A stretch of DNA of 64,000 nt from a virus. The notes beneath the pieces were generated by a model. The model ran no database searches. It was given only the letters and a program-made list of their open reading frames with translations, and was not told the DNA's origin. Location of the stretch: IMG/VR virus record IMGVR_UViG_3300043446_003193, positions 1 through 64,000 of that record; one strand, given 5' to 3'. A program made the translations under genes and the position numbers. Shown here one piece after another: positions 54,234-64,000 of the stretch (its first letter is position 1; every line of letters starts with the position of its first letter).

Positions 54234-55103
54234 TTAATATTCTTCTCCTTCTATAATTTTTCTAGCATCGCCTCTTTCGTGATTATGATTTTTTGATTTA
54301 ATTGAATGGTACATATGTACACCAAATGCTCCTATTTCAGTTGATCTATTTACCTTTCCTTGATTAAAAGAAACATTAAATAAATCATGTGCACCTCCCC
54401 ATGTTGCATTTGGGTTTAATACCATACCAACTATCTGATTACAAAGAGTAAGTATGTCGTTTGTAAATACATGCAGATTATAATCATTTTGTATATTGTG
54501 TGATACAAACCTAATTGATGGGTCAGTATCTGGCTTTCCATTAAATGAAGATTCTATATATGGCTCTTCTAATGTACCAGGTGTTATTGGGTGATTGTTT
54601 CCACCTCTATAATATGTGTGTTCGGGTGTAACTTCAAATTTTTCCATTTTACACAATTCGTCTATTTCTGATTGCGGTACTTTTGATTTTGCATTATAAA
54701 TTGGTAAACTCCAAATGGTATTTACTTCTGTTTGTTTTTTAAATACTTTATTAAAGTTTATAGAAACACAATAATCAGATTTTAATAAAAGTGTTTTTCC
54801 AGGTTCATTCAATCCGTTTTCAATTAACATTGAAAATTGATTAATTAAGTCCTGTGTTAATGTTTTTGGACACTCAATTTCATCATATGGGAATATTGCC
54901 AAATTTTTAATATACCCATTTATATCCAATTCTCTTATTTTTGCATCTAACCAATCATTATCAATTGTTTCCGAATGAGTATTATAAATTATAAACCAAT
55001 CCCATATAATATCTTCCGATTGATTTATTAATAAAGAACGAAGTGAGTTTTCAGCATGTTCTTTTGTAAGTGTTGCATGTGTTGTAAATATACAATTATT
55101 CAT
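54234..55103 (-). CDS. hypothetical protein (289 aa)
   Basis: ORF track. Confidence 0.45.
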   Translation of the reverse strand: MNNCIFTTHATLTKEHAENSLRSLLINQSEDIIWDWFIIYNTHSETIDNDWLDAKIRELDINGYIKNLAIFPYDEIECPKTLTQDLINQFSMLIENGLNEPGKTLLLKSDYCVSINFNKVFKKQTEVNTIWSLPIYNAKSKVPQSEIDELCKMEKFEVTPEHTYYRGGNNHPITPGTLEEPYIESSFNGKPDTDPSIRFVSHNIQNDYNLHVFTNDILTLCNQIVGMVLNPNATWGGAHDLFNVSFNQGKVNRSTEIGAFGVHMYHSIKSKNHNHERGDARKIIEGEEY

Positions 55104-55704
55104 ATAAATAAAATTCGTTAGTAGTTAATATGTTTAATAATTCTTTTCTATTTTTTTCCAAAAACTCATATTCTAAATTATCTGGAATTTCTAACTTTAA
55201 TTCTTTTCCTTTTTCATTTTTTATTACACCCAATCCTTCATCCGCATCTATAACAAATATTTTGTATTTTAAATAAGAATTGTTTTTTCTAAATTTTACA
55301 ACTGATTTCCAAACATCTCCATTCCATCCATGTTCCCATATATCAAAATCAGCAGGTACTCTCTGTCTCATTTCGTTAATTGGATTGCAATCGTGTAGGA
55401 TAATAACACCATCGTCTTCCAAATATTTTAGAGAGTTTTGAATATCCTTATCTACTTGTTCGGTATGATGTAAACCATCTATAAAAATAACATCATATTT
55501 GTAATCTAAATTTGGTGCTATATTTTCAAAAAAGTCATCAGATGTTAAATGATATGTTGCCGGTGTTTTCTCATCCGGGTCTACCGAATCTTTTATAGCA
55601 GCCTTTACACCATCGTAACTATGACCCTTATAAACACCTATTTCAAGATATTTTTTAAAATCTTTCTTAGAAAGATAATGATTTATTAGTTCTATTCTAT
55701 TCAT
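55096..55704 (-). CDS. class I SAM-dependent methyltransferase (TylF/FkbM-like)
   Basis: LEIGVYKGHS glycine-rich SAM motif; IFIDGLH. Confidence 0.6.
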   Translation of the reverse strand: MNRIELINHYLSKKDFKKYLEIGVYKGHSYDGVKAAIKDSVDPDEKTPATYHLTSDDFFENIAPNLDYKYDVIFIDGLHHTEQVDKDIQNSLKYLEDDGVIILHDCNPINEMRQRVPADFDIWEHGWNGDVWKSVVKFRKNNSYLKYKIFVIDADEGLGVIKNEKGKELKLEIPDNLEYEFLEKNRKELLNILTTNEFYLYE

Positions 55705-56482
55705 TTAAGTAAATTTTTGAAAAATATTCTTTAATAGAACCTTTCATTTTTTCATTTAAATCATGCGGTTTACTATCTACAAAGTGAAATATTTTTACAT
55801 TGGAAACATTTTCTAATTTTAAATTATTAACCGCATCTACATCAAATAGTAAATAGTTATAATCTGAACTTAAATAGGTAACTATAATTGTGTTAGAACC
55901 AACAAAGTAATCTAATGCAGGTGTATCACTATTAAACCTTTTAATTTGCTTAGATGCTTCTCTAAAAAGAGAACTAATATTTTGGTCAAGATATTCGGAT
56001 ATATTGATTATTTGAAATCCTGCATTTGGAGAATGTTTATCAAATGGTTCATACCATTCAGGAGCTTCTGCTATTGATATAGCTAAATCACTCTCCAATT
56101 CTAATAAATCAAAATGAGAATTACATAATATATCCCCATCACACTTTATTGCGTAATCGTAATTTGATTTTAAATATTCCGGACCATCACAATACCAATA
56201 CATAGCATCTGGCCATCTACCTTTTTCTCCTTTTTCAGTAAATTGTATATCAGTATATTGGTTATAATTTTTTTTACAATCTCCTGTAATTAATTTAATT
56301 CCATTATCTTTACAAAGTTTTTCAACTTCTTTTAAATTTTGTTCATTTATATCAGTAAAATATACATAATCTAATTCATTACCAAAATGTTTTTGAAACG
56401 ATTTTAGCATTTTAATTGGTTCTCTATTTTCTGATAAAATGTATTCCGAATTACCTGCACAATATACTACCCACTTACCCAT
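55697..56482 (-). CDS. putative nucleotide-diphospho-sugar transferase
   Basis: GT-A-like pattern; weak. Confidence 0.35.
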   Translation of the reverse strand: MGKWVVYCAGNSEYILSENREPIKMLKSFQKHFGNELDYVYFTDINEQNLKEVEKLCKDNGIKLITGDCKKNYNQYTDIQFTEKGEKGRWPDAMYWYCDGPEYLKSNYDYAIKCDGDILCNSHFDLLELESDLAISIAEAPEWYEPFDKHSPNAGFQIINISEYLDQNISSLFREASKQIKRFNSDTPALDYFVGSNTIIVTYLSSDYNYLLFDVDAVNNLKLENVSNVKIFHFVDSKPHDLNEKMKGSIKEYFSKIYLNE

Positions 56483-57852
56483 TATTTCTTATAATTTTCT
56501 AAATAATGTTTTAAATCCTCAGGCGTACCTAATCCCCACATATTTTCAGCAGGTATATGATAGTTGTATATTTTTTTACCATTTAATATCGCTTCATTGT
56601 ATACAGGACAAACATAAAATTCATTATTTGTTCTAATATTTTTTTCAATCATTTGTTCAGCAGATGCTACAAAATCAGAACCATGTTTAAAATAATAAAC
56701 ACCAGCAGTAGCTTGATTTGAAATTGGATTTTTTTCTGCAACTTCGGTAATTAACCCATCTTCATTTGTTTTAGCAAATGACCATTTTGGATGAGTTGAT
56801 TCAAAACACATTATTGCACCATCAAAATCTTTTTCATTCATTTGATACATAAATTCAGTAGAATCCCATTGAATAAATTGGTCAGAATTTGTTAATATTA
56901 ATTGATTTTCATTATTAATATGTTCCTTTGCCAATAAGACCGTACATGCTGCTCCCTGCGTCATTCCATCAACTTCTACAATTTTACAATTAGGAGTGAT
57001 TAAGTTTAATAGAGTATCTAAATTGTATTTTTCTCTATGAGATTTTTGAACAATATAAATAAATGTAGCCTCAATGTTCATACTTTCAACTACAACCTGT
57101 ATCATAGGTTTACCATTAACATCAATTAGTGGTTTAGGAAATGTATATCCTGCTTTTTCAAATCGGCTTCCGGCTCCTGCCATTGGGATAACTACATTTA
57201 ATTTTTCATCATGCCATTTATTCATAATATTTTGTTTTGTGTTATGTAACTTACTAAAAATTTTTGAATATTCCAAATCTTTTGAATTTTTAACTCTAAG
57301 TACGATTGCCTTAGAACGATGTGCCGATAACAAACCTTGTGGAGAATCTTCTATAATTAAAGTTTCTTCTGGTAAACAACTCATCATTGACATTGCTTTC
57401 CAATAAATTTCAGGATGCGGCTTTGGGTTTTTAATATCATCATTTGTAACTATCACATCCAAATATTCAATTACACCCGTTTTTGCTAATGCAACTAATG
57501 CTGTTCTTCGTATACAATTTGTACAACATCCAAGCATATAACCCTCTTGTTTTAATTTTTTAAATATACTTAAAATATTATCATCCGGTGTTATATGTGC
57601 AAACTCTTCTAATGTTAGTTTTTGTTTTTTATCATATATTTGTTTATGGGATGTGGTTGGAAGTCCTTTATCTTGCGTAAGCATATTTAATTTTGTAATG
57701 GTTTTTAATCCATCATATCTAGTAACATGCTCATGCTCTGTAATTATGTACTTAGGGTCTATTTCTGAAATAGCATTATTTAATGTTCTATAATGTATTT
57801 CTTTCGTATCGGTTATTACACCATCTAAATCAAATAGTATTAATTTCGTCAT
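56482..57852 (-). CDS. bifunctional HAD phosphatase / sugar-phosphate nucleotidyltransferase
   Basis: N-terminal ILFDLDGVITDT (HAD motif I); central VVIPMAGAGSRFEKAGYTFPKPLIDVNGKPMI (NTP-transferase G-x-G-x-R loop). Confidence 0.65.
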   Translation of the reverse strand: MTKLILFDLDGVITDTKEIHYRTLNNAISEIDPKYIITEHEHVTRYDGLKTITKLNMLTQDKGLPTTSHKQIYDKKQKLTLEEFAHITPDDNILSIFKKLKQEGYMLGCCTNCIRRTALVALAKTGVIEYLDVIVTNDDIKNPKPHPEIYWKAMSMMSCLPEETLIIEDSPQGLLSAHRSKAIVLRVKNSKDLEYSKIFSKLHNTKQNIMNKWHDEKLNVVIPMAGAGSRFEKAGYTFPKPLIDVNGKPMIQVVVESMNIEATFIYIVQKSHREKYNLDTLLNLITPNCKIVEVDGMTQGAACTVLLAKEHINNENQLILTNSDQFIQWDSTEFMYQMNEKDFDGAIMCFESTHPKWSFAKTNEDGLITEVAEKNPISNQATAGVYYFKHGSDFVASAEQMIEKNIRTNNEFYVCPVYNEAILNGKKIYNYHIPAENMWGLGTPEDLKHYLENYKK

Positions 57853-58462
57853 AGTAACTGTTTTGTTTTTCTTGTCTTTGAATTGTTTTAGGATGTTTTA
57901 TGCAGTATACTTCTTCAAATGGAAAATTTGTATAAGATTCAAATCCACCTATTCTTTCATGAACTTTACCAGCCCACCCTATTGTTTCTTTATTTTTATA
58001 TATTCTAGTTTGAACATCTGGAAAATTTACCCAACCTTTTTCATCTACTTTCCAACCCCACTTTTGTATGTGTGCTTCTGTTAATCCTTCAACCGTATTT
58101 ATACGAGGAACTAATATAAGGTCTTTACCATCATTATTTGATAATATATCTTCTAAATTATAAATTAAATCATTTTCTAAAAATTCGTCTGCATCTAATT
58201 GAAAAATCCATTCACCATTACAATGTGAATTTAAAAAGTTTTTCCATTGTGCAAAATCTCCTGCAAATTCGGATTCTATAAGATGTATGTAATCTTCCTT
58301 TGCTTGAATTTCTAAATATTCAATTAATTCGGTTGGTGCTTTTGGAGTATCTAAAAGAACTACAATTTCAGAATTTTCTCCTTTATAGTTTAATAGTTGT
58401 GTAACCAATCTTATTGTTTCTTCTACCTCATTACAGGCAGTAATTGCGTAACTTATTTTCAT
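57830..58462 (-). CDS. glycosyltransferase family 2
   Basis: MKISYAITACNEVEE...LDAD. Confidence 0.6.
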   Translation of the reverse strand: MKISYAITACNEVEETIRLVTQLLNYKGENSEIVVLLDTPKAPTELIEYLEIQAKEDYIHLIESEFAGDFAQWKNFLNSHCNGEWIFQLDADEFLENDLIYNLEDILSNNDGKDLILVPRINTVEGLTEAHIQKWGWKVDEKGWVNFPDVQTRIYKNKETIGWAGKVHERIGGFESYTNFPFEEVYCIKHPKTIQRQEKQNSYYDEINTI

Positions 58463-58875
58463 TATAATATTTTATCGTTAGATGTTGTATAACTCCAAGC
58501 AGAACCACTTGGGTATCCGTATGTAGTTGATGATGGATTATACGAACCACTACTAAATGATACTATATTTGGATTGGCAATTGTAATAAATCCGGTAGTT
58601 CCAGGTGTTGTTGTAACTTGAAATCCAGGTGATGTTGTTCCTGGTGTGCAAGTTATTTTGTATGGATTATATGGGTCTGTCGGTGGTGGTGTAATATGTG
58701 GTGAACCATTTGGTATTCCCCATCCACCTACCCCAATTGGAGTTCCTATCGTTGGTTCATCACTAACTTCTGCCAATTTTTCTTTTAAGTAATCCCATTG
58801 TTTTGGAGTTACATTAAATTCATGTACTCCATCTGTAAATCCTTTTAACCAAATAACAAATTCTTTTGATGTCAT
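58462..58875 (-). CDS. Thr/Pro/Gly-rich protein (137 aa)
   Basis: Low-complexity TPGTT repeats. Confidence 0.4.
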   Translation of the reverse strand: MTSKEFVIWLKGFTDGVHEFNVTPKQWDYLKEKLAEVSDEPTIGTPIGVGGWGIPNGSPHITPPPTDPYNPYKITCTPGTTSPGFQVTTTPGTTGFITIANPNIVSFSSGSYNPSSTTYGYPSGSAWSYTTSNDKIL

Positions 58876-58877
58876 AA

Positions 58878-59348
58878 TTATCTATTTTTTAATTGAGACC
58901 TTTTATCTATACCAGTTACAGTTACACTTTTTGGAGTAATTTCATTTACATCCATTGTTAATTCAATCACTTGTTGTAATCCGCTCATTTTATAAGTTCT
59001 ATATGCTTCATTTGTAATTATTGGTACTTTTGAAACAACTTTTGAATAAAAATTCTTTGCAGAACCTCTCATTTGTAAGCTCTCAGTATCTTCATTTACA
59101 AATTTTCCAAAAAATCTTTTAATAAGATTTGGATTTACATCTGATACTTTTACACAATGTATTATATCTTTTGCTTTAGATACAAATAGTGTAAATATAA
59201 TTGGTGCAGTTGTTTCTGTAAATCTTCCTTTTGTACCATCAATATATTCGTATTTTTTTATTAGATAAAAATTTCCTCTTGTCATTTTTGCAGGAGTTAT
59301 TTGATTTCTATCATCAATAAATTTACGATATATTGGATTGTAATTCAT
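58878..59348 (-). CDS. hypothetical protein (156 aa)
   Basis: ORF track. Confidence 0.45.
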   Translation of the reverse strand: MNYNPIYRKFIDDRNQITPAKMTRGNFYLIKKYEYIDGTKGRFTETTAPIIFTLFVSKAKDIIHCVKVSDVNPNLIKRFFGKFVNEDTESLQMRGSAKNFYSKVVSKVPIITNEAYRTYKMSGLQQVIELTMDVNEITPKSVTVTGIDKRSQLKNR

Positions 59349-59349
59349 A

Positions 59350-60621
59350 TTATTTACTTACCATTTTTAATTTAGGTAATTGCATTGGTTGAAACTTAGG
59401 TTGTTTCTTATTATAAATACCATATTGGTTTAAAATAACATCAAACAATTTAGTCATTTTTTGTAATCCAAAATTTTGTTTATTTTGTTTTCCTAATTGA
59501 AATGCAGATGTTTTGTATTTGTTGTAATTTTTATAAACATCTTTTATTATACCTAATGCTTTTGAAATATTTACATTAAACCATTTTGCTTCTTTTAGTA
59601 AGAAATCATCAGCTGCTGATTCATGTACTTCTTTCAATTCACCTTCTAATAATACTGCTCCTTCTTTTAAGAAATCTAAATGTCCTGACCAATTAGATAC
59701 AATTACAGGTTTTCCTGTCAAACTAAATTCTAATAATGGTCTACCATAACCTTCACCTTTCGTAAAGTTCAACATTGCTTTTACTTTTGGATGTTCGTAT
59801 AACCCATTCATTTGAGCAGGTGTTAAATCACCATGCAATAAGTAAACAGGAACTTTGCCATAATCCTTACCTAATGCTGATTTAATTTTTTTAACAATCG
59901 CTTCTCTATCTCTTACAGAAAATCCTGCAGATGATGTTTTTAGAATCAATGCTGGTTTTACTTTTTCTCCTTTGAATGCCATTCCAAAAGTTTTAATCAT
60001 CATTCCTACATTCTTTCTATCCTCACCTAAATCACCTTTTAACCAATGTCCTACAAATAAGAATGCGAAATCTTCTTTGATTTGGTCTAATTCAGTTATA
60101 TGTGCAACATACTCTGTTCCAAAATCTTCTTCATTGAATCCTTCAAACAAAACTTCAACCGGTTTTTCAATTCTGATTTGCCTAATAACCTGTCCATTTT
60201 GTTTATTTGTTTCATTATAAACTGTACCAATTAAACTCAATTTTGAATGTTCAGATGGTGCTATAATTAAATCCATTCGGTTACACCCTTCAATCCAATT
60301 CATAGGACAAGCAGTTGTTTCAATCGCTGCAGTAATTCCAATATTATAATGTCCAATTGGTTGAAATTCATTTGGAACTGTTACCTGAATATACACATCT
60401 GGTTTTTCTGTAATTTGTGGTATGATACTATCTACAATCCATTTATGAAATTCATTATCATAATTCAATGCATCCATCGGAGTTGCTCCCCAACGGGTAC
60501 TAATTACTTTGATTTCAAACTTATCTAAATCGTATAAAGATTTTAAAAGGTCTCTTGCGTGGTCACCGTATCCACTTCTAGTTGATACAGGTGCCTGAAA
60601 TATTAATGTTGGTTTGCTCAT
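59350..60621 (-). CDS. GT-B glycosyltransferase (GT4-like)
   Basis: C-terminal TKGEGYGRPLLEFSLTGKPVIV EX7E motif. Confidence 0.6.
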   Translation of the reverse strand: MSKPTLIFQAPVSTRSGYGDHARDLLKSLYDLDKFEIKVISTRWGATPMDALNYDNEFHKWIVDSIIPQITEKPDVYIQVTVPNEFQPIGHYNIGITAAIETTACPMNWIEGCNRMDLIIAPSEHSKLSLIGTVYNETNKQNGQVIRQIRIEKPVEVLFEGFNEEDFGTEYVAHITELDQIKEDFAFLFVGHWLKGDLGEDRKNVGMMIKTFGMAFKGEKVKPALILKTSSAGFSVRDREAIVKKIKSALGKDYGKVPVYLLHGDLTPAQMNGLYEHPKVKAMLNFTKGEGYGRPLLEFSLTGKPVIVSNWSGHLDFLKEGAVLLEGELKEVHESAADDFLLKEAKWFNVNISKALGIIKDVYKNYNKYKTSAFQLGKQNKQNFGLQKMTKLFDVILNQYGIYNKKQPKFQPMQLPKLKMVSK

Positions 60622-60622
60622 A

Positions 60623-62005
60623 CTATAACTCTATTAATTTAAATTTTTGTCTTGGTTTCCAATTTTCAAATGCTCCTTCCATACCATCTACCAATGCTTC
60701 ACACATTGCTTCTCTACTTAACTTACCATCTCCTAAAAAGAATTTTCTACCTTTTAATCCTGCTGCTTCCCTATCTTCTTTTGGTGTTTTATACCAATCC
60801 ATAATCAAAGGTGTTACATCTTCAAAATCAACTCTATCATCAAAGATATATGGAGTAGGAACTGAACCCGTTGTTGAACGAACTGGCCAAATTGGTTTAA
60901 CCCAATCACCCCAAACTACACCTGCTTTTTTATGTCTATCATGTAAAGAACCAATCTCAACATAATCTTCTGCAGTTAATAATTTACCACTTCCTCTTTC
61001 TCTAAATCCACATTGGTCCTGTAAACCACCGGTAACTGTTACAATAATTGGTGTTCCCGCCATTACTGATTCTGCAGTTGCTAATCCAAATCCTTCATTA
61101 GATGCAATGTTGATTGTCACATCTGCCATATTATATAACCAATTCAATTGTTCTTCGGAATATCTATTTGAAGCAAACACTACATTTGTTTCTGGAGAAC
61201 AACAATGTTCAATAGTAGTATATAAATCAGTTCCATGTTCTTCAACAGGATTTGTATGCATTAATAAACAAACTTTTTCTCTTTCCTCTGGTCTCAATGC
61301 TTCTACAAATGCATTAAAAGCCAAAATAACATCTATTGGTTGTTTTCTACGAATGTTTCTATTATTCCAATAAAGAACAAAATCATATTCTTTATCACCG
61401 AATATACTTTGTTTAAAGTCTTCGGGTACATCAACTGGTTTGTACAATTCGGAATTGATACCATGCGGTACATAACTTATTTGCCAATCTTTTGCAGTGT
61501 TCCAATGTTTTTCTTTATCCCACCCATATACTCTTTTGGTAATACCATATGTTTGTTTTGAAATACATCCAATCCAATCACAACTTTCGTAATAATCTCT
61601 ATTGTATTTTGGGTCTGGCAAATCATCCCAAATATGATAAAAGAAAAGGGGTACTGATTGGCGAATTTCATGCTCAATATCATATAACCAAATCCAATAA
61701 CGAGGGTCGGTAAAGTGTAGAATTGCATCTGGTTTTTCAATCATTAATAATTGACGAATCACATCTGGATTACCATATCCATCATACGGATATATTTTTA
61801 CACATGCATCAGCAACACCTGTTCTTGATCTAACATCATCATTTAAATCAAATACTTTTCCAGCTTCTGGATGTTTGATTGCAGCTCCTAATTGTACCCA
61901 ATCATACTTATCAACTGTCCCTAGTACTAATTGTTTGGAAACATTGGCTATACCACTAGCCATTCGTAAGTCATCTGAAAGTAACAGAATCTTCTTTTTT
62001 GCCAT
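60623..62005 (-). CDS. GT-B glycosyltransferase (GT4-like)
   Basis: ASNEGFGLATAESVMAGTPII EX7E motif. Confidence 0.65.
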   Translation of the reverse strand: MAKKKILLLSDDLRMASGIANVSKQLVLGTVDKYDWVQLGAAIKHPEAGKVFDLNDDVRSRTGVADACVKIYPYDGYGNPDVIRQLLMIEKPDAILHFTDPRYWIWLYDIEHEIRQSVPLFFYHIWDDLPDPKYNRDYYESCDWIGCISKQTYGITKRVYGWDKEKHWNTAKDWQISYVPHGINSELYKPVDVPEDFKQSIFGDKEYDFVLYWNNRNIRRKQPIDVILAFNAFVEALRPEEREKVCLLMHTNPVEEHGTDLYTTIEHCCSPETNVVFASNRYSEEQLNWLYNMADVTINIASNEGFGLATAESVMAGTPIIVTVTGGLQDQCGFRERGSGKLLTAEDYVEIGSLHDRHKKAGVVWGDWVKPIWPVRSTTGSVPTPYIFDDRVDFEDVTPLIMDWYKTPKEDREAAGLKGRKFFLGDGKLSREAMCEALVDGMEGAFENWKPRQKFKLIEL

Positions 62006-62022
62006 AACTTATTATTCTTTTA

Positions 62023-62304
62023 TTAAAATTGTGAACCACTTACTTGTAGTACCGTGTATTCGTTTAATTGTTTTCTAAATTCTTTGTTTTTTGTGTAAAG
62101 GTCTAATGTTCTATTTACTAATTTTTGAAAATTTATACCACCCTGTATTGATGTTATTTTAAAATCTTCATCATATAACTTTTGTATAACCTTAACAGTT
62201 GTTAATTTTAATTCTGCCATAATTGTTGATAATTTATATATACATATATATGATATAAAATTATTTTCCATTACAATATTTTCCGTAGAACTCACACCAT
62301 CCAC
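62023..62304 (-). CDS. hypothetical protein (93 aa)
   Basis: ORF track. Confidence 0.4.
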   Translation of the reverse strand: MDGVSSTENIVMENNFISYICIYKLSTIMAELKLTTVKVIQKLYDEDFKITSIQGGINFQKLVNRTLDLYTKNKEFRKQLNEYTVLQVSGSQF

Positions 62305-63127
62305 ATAATTTTGACGGTTTTGTTATATATTCAATATCCGTTCTATAATTACCATCTTTATCAAACACAGTTTCTACAAATTCAGTAAATCCTTTCCATG
62401 CTTTGTTTATAGACGGTTTACCATTGGCAGGAACATGTCTACTCATTCTATGTGTTGGTATATCTTCAACTACTTCAACTTTTCTTTTTAAGATAATAAA
62501 TTCAACATCAATCATATCTTCAGAAATACCAATTAATTCTGCATAAAATTTCTTATACAAAAGTATTTGTGAATTTTTAACAGCATCCGATTTTTGATAT
62601 TTACTCCAACCTCTTGTAGATGTTTTAAAATCTATAATTTTATACTTTCCGGTAAATGTATCTCTAATAATTAAATCTATAAAACCCATAAAGTTTACAT
62701 TCTCTGCAATCTTTGTGTTTATAGGTTGTTCAATCGCTACTAATTCATCGTGCTTTAACGAAAAGAATTTATTAAAGTTTTTAGGTTTTTGAAACCAATC
62801 TAATAGAACATTTCCATCTTCTAAAAACTCTACCATTTCTTCTTTTGTACAAATTGTAGTGTTTCCAATTTCTCCGCCGGATTCTTTTAAGTATGCATCT
62901 CTCATTCTTTCTTTTAGATATACTTTTAAGTCAATCATTTTATCCGCTTGGGATTTTGATATTCTTAAACATTTCTCTAAATAGTTTTGTAGAGTTTCGT
63001 GCATTGCTGTTCCGAAAATACTATGGATGTTTGAACTAGATTCGGATAATCCATCTATATAACTTAATTTGTATTGTTGTGGACATGTATGCCACATACT
63101 ATATTGTGAAAATGATACTCTTGCCAT
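62261..63127 (-). CDS. PD-(D/E)xK nuclease, Cas4/RecB-like with C-terminal Cys cluster
   Basis: IDLIIRD...IIDFKTS core (D...D/E.K); C-terminal CGWCEFYGKYC plus an upstream Cys, consistent with a Cas4-type Fe-S site. Confidence 0.6.
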   Translation of the reverse strand: MARVSFSQYSMWHTCPQQYKLSYIDGLSESSSNIHSIFGTAMHETLQNYLEKCLRISKSQADKMIDLKVYLKERMRDAYLKESGGEIGNTTICTKEEMVEFLEDGNVLLDWFQKPKNFNKFFSLKHDELVAIEQPINTKIAENVNFMGFIDLIIRDTFTGKYKIIDFKTSTRGWSKYQKSDAVKNSQILLYKKFYAELIGISEDMIDVEFIILKRKVEVVEDIPTHRMSRHVPANGKPSINKAWKGFTEFVETVFDKDGNYRTDIEYITKPSKLCGWCEFYGKYCNGK

Positions 63128-63163
63128 AGATGTAATATAACTAAATTATTTGGATTTACCAAA

Positions 63164-63616
63164 TTATATCTTAAGTTTTAATTTAGTTACTTGCTTCTTA
63201 TCTACTGCATATTTTTCACAAACATATTTGATATATTCTCTACCTTCTCTGGTTGAATAAAGAATTTCTATATAATCGTTTGCTTGAACTTCCGAACAAT
63301 CGTATTCCTTTTTAATTAAATCAACTAAAAAAGATTCATACTTATCTTCTGATTTTCCTTTAATATATTTTAAATAATATTTACCTTTTGGTATGACACT
63401 AATATACAACTTATACATTTCCTTTGGTTGTAGTGTTTGCGTTAAAGGAAGTAAAGTTGCAATCAGTTCAACCCATTCAGGTTTCATAGAAAGAAAACGA
63501 TTAATCATAAAATTACTCCATGATTTTAAATCTTCTTCCGTTAGTTTATCAAAGTACTTTGGGTCTTGTTCGGTTGTTACTGCATTAATATGGTCAAATA
63601 ACTTTTTGGCTGCCAT
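63164..63616 (-). CDS. hypothetical protein (150 aa)
   Basis: ORF track. Confidence 0.45.
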   Translation of the reverse strand: MAAKKLFDHINAVTTEQDPKYFDKLTEEDLKSWSNFMINRFLSMKPEWVELIATLLPLTQTLQPKEMYKLYISVIPKGKYYLKYIKGKSEDKYESFLVDLIKKEYDCSEVQANDYIEILYSTREGREYIKYVCEKYAVDKKQVTKLKLKI

Positions 63617-63858
63617 TATTCAATGATTTTTGTTTCTTGTAATTCTTGTGGTAATAACTCATTTAAAGGTTTACCACAACTCGCACAAAGATATAATTCA
63701 ATTGGCATTACTGAATCTTTTGCTCCACCTGTCAATAGACGTGATATTTTTTTAAATCTATATCCTGGCATAAATACTTTTCCACCACAATCACATTCCA
63801 TGTCTCTTGCATCATTTAAGTTAAAATTAGGTGGTAATTGGTTCATTTGCTCTTGCAT
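63616..63858 (-). CDS. zinc-ribbon protein (80 aa)
   Basis: CDCGGK...CASCGKP. Confidence 0.45.
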   Translation of the reverse strand: MQEQMNQLPPNFNLNDARDMECDCGGKVFMPGYRFKKISRLLTGGAKDSVMPIELYLCASCGKPLNELLPQELQETKIIE

Positions 63859-64000
63859 AATTTTTTATTTTATAATGTTTAATATTTGTATAATTGTTGA
63901 AGTGAATACGATTTCTTTATCCACCACTAATGCATCTTTTGATAATCCTTCTGCAATTGTAACTATCACATTTGCTGTATTTCCACTTGCATAATCATCA

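Overview
AT-rich 64 kb window (roughly 30% GC by eye), very densely packed, with essentially every credible gene on the minus strand. My interpretation is a segment of a large (jumbo-class) bacteriophage or phage-like element of a Bacteroidota (Flavobacteriia-like) host. Phage-type content: truncated ATP-dependent DNA ligase at the window start, a CobS/CobT-like AAA+/vWA pair, calcineurin-like phosphoesterase, three HNH endonucleases, Cas4-like PD-(D/E)xK nuclease, ParB-like nuclease, split polynucleotide-kinase-like kinase plus HAD phosphatase, GH19 endolysin with a holin candidate, and an 18-tRNA array (plus 3 aberrant tRNA-like elements) with an initiator tRNA and an adjacent ~400 nt tmRNA-like gene. 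A host-type promoter consensus (TTTG ...~20 nt... TAnnTTTG) embedded in a longer conserved motif recurs at least 12 times. Typical signal peptides end in FGQ. The window also carries envelope and auxiliary genes unusual for a phage: two TonB-dependent-receptor-like proteins, lipoproteins, very large secreted beta-rich proteins, an outer-membrane beta-barrel with extreme low-complexity repeats, IscU/IscA, MTA/SAH nucleosidase, and a glycosylation island of about 14 genes (GT2 and GT4 transferases, methyltransferase, sulfotransferase-like, HAD plus nucleotidyltransferase). About 2.3 kb (18.55-20.94 kb) is noncoding, GC-elevated and promoter-dense, and contains the tmRNA. All coordinates and anticodons were read by eye and need tRNAscan-SE/ARAGORN/Infernal and HMM confirmation.
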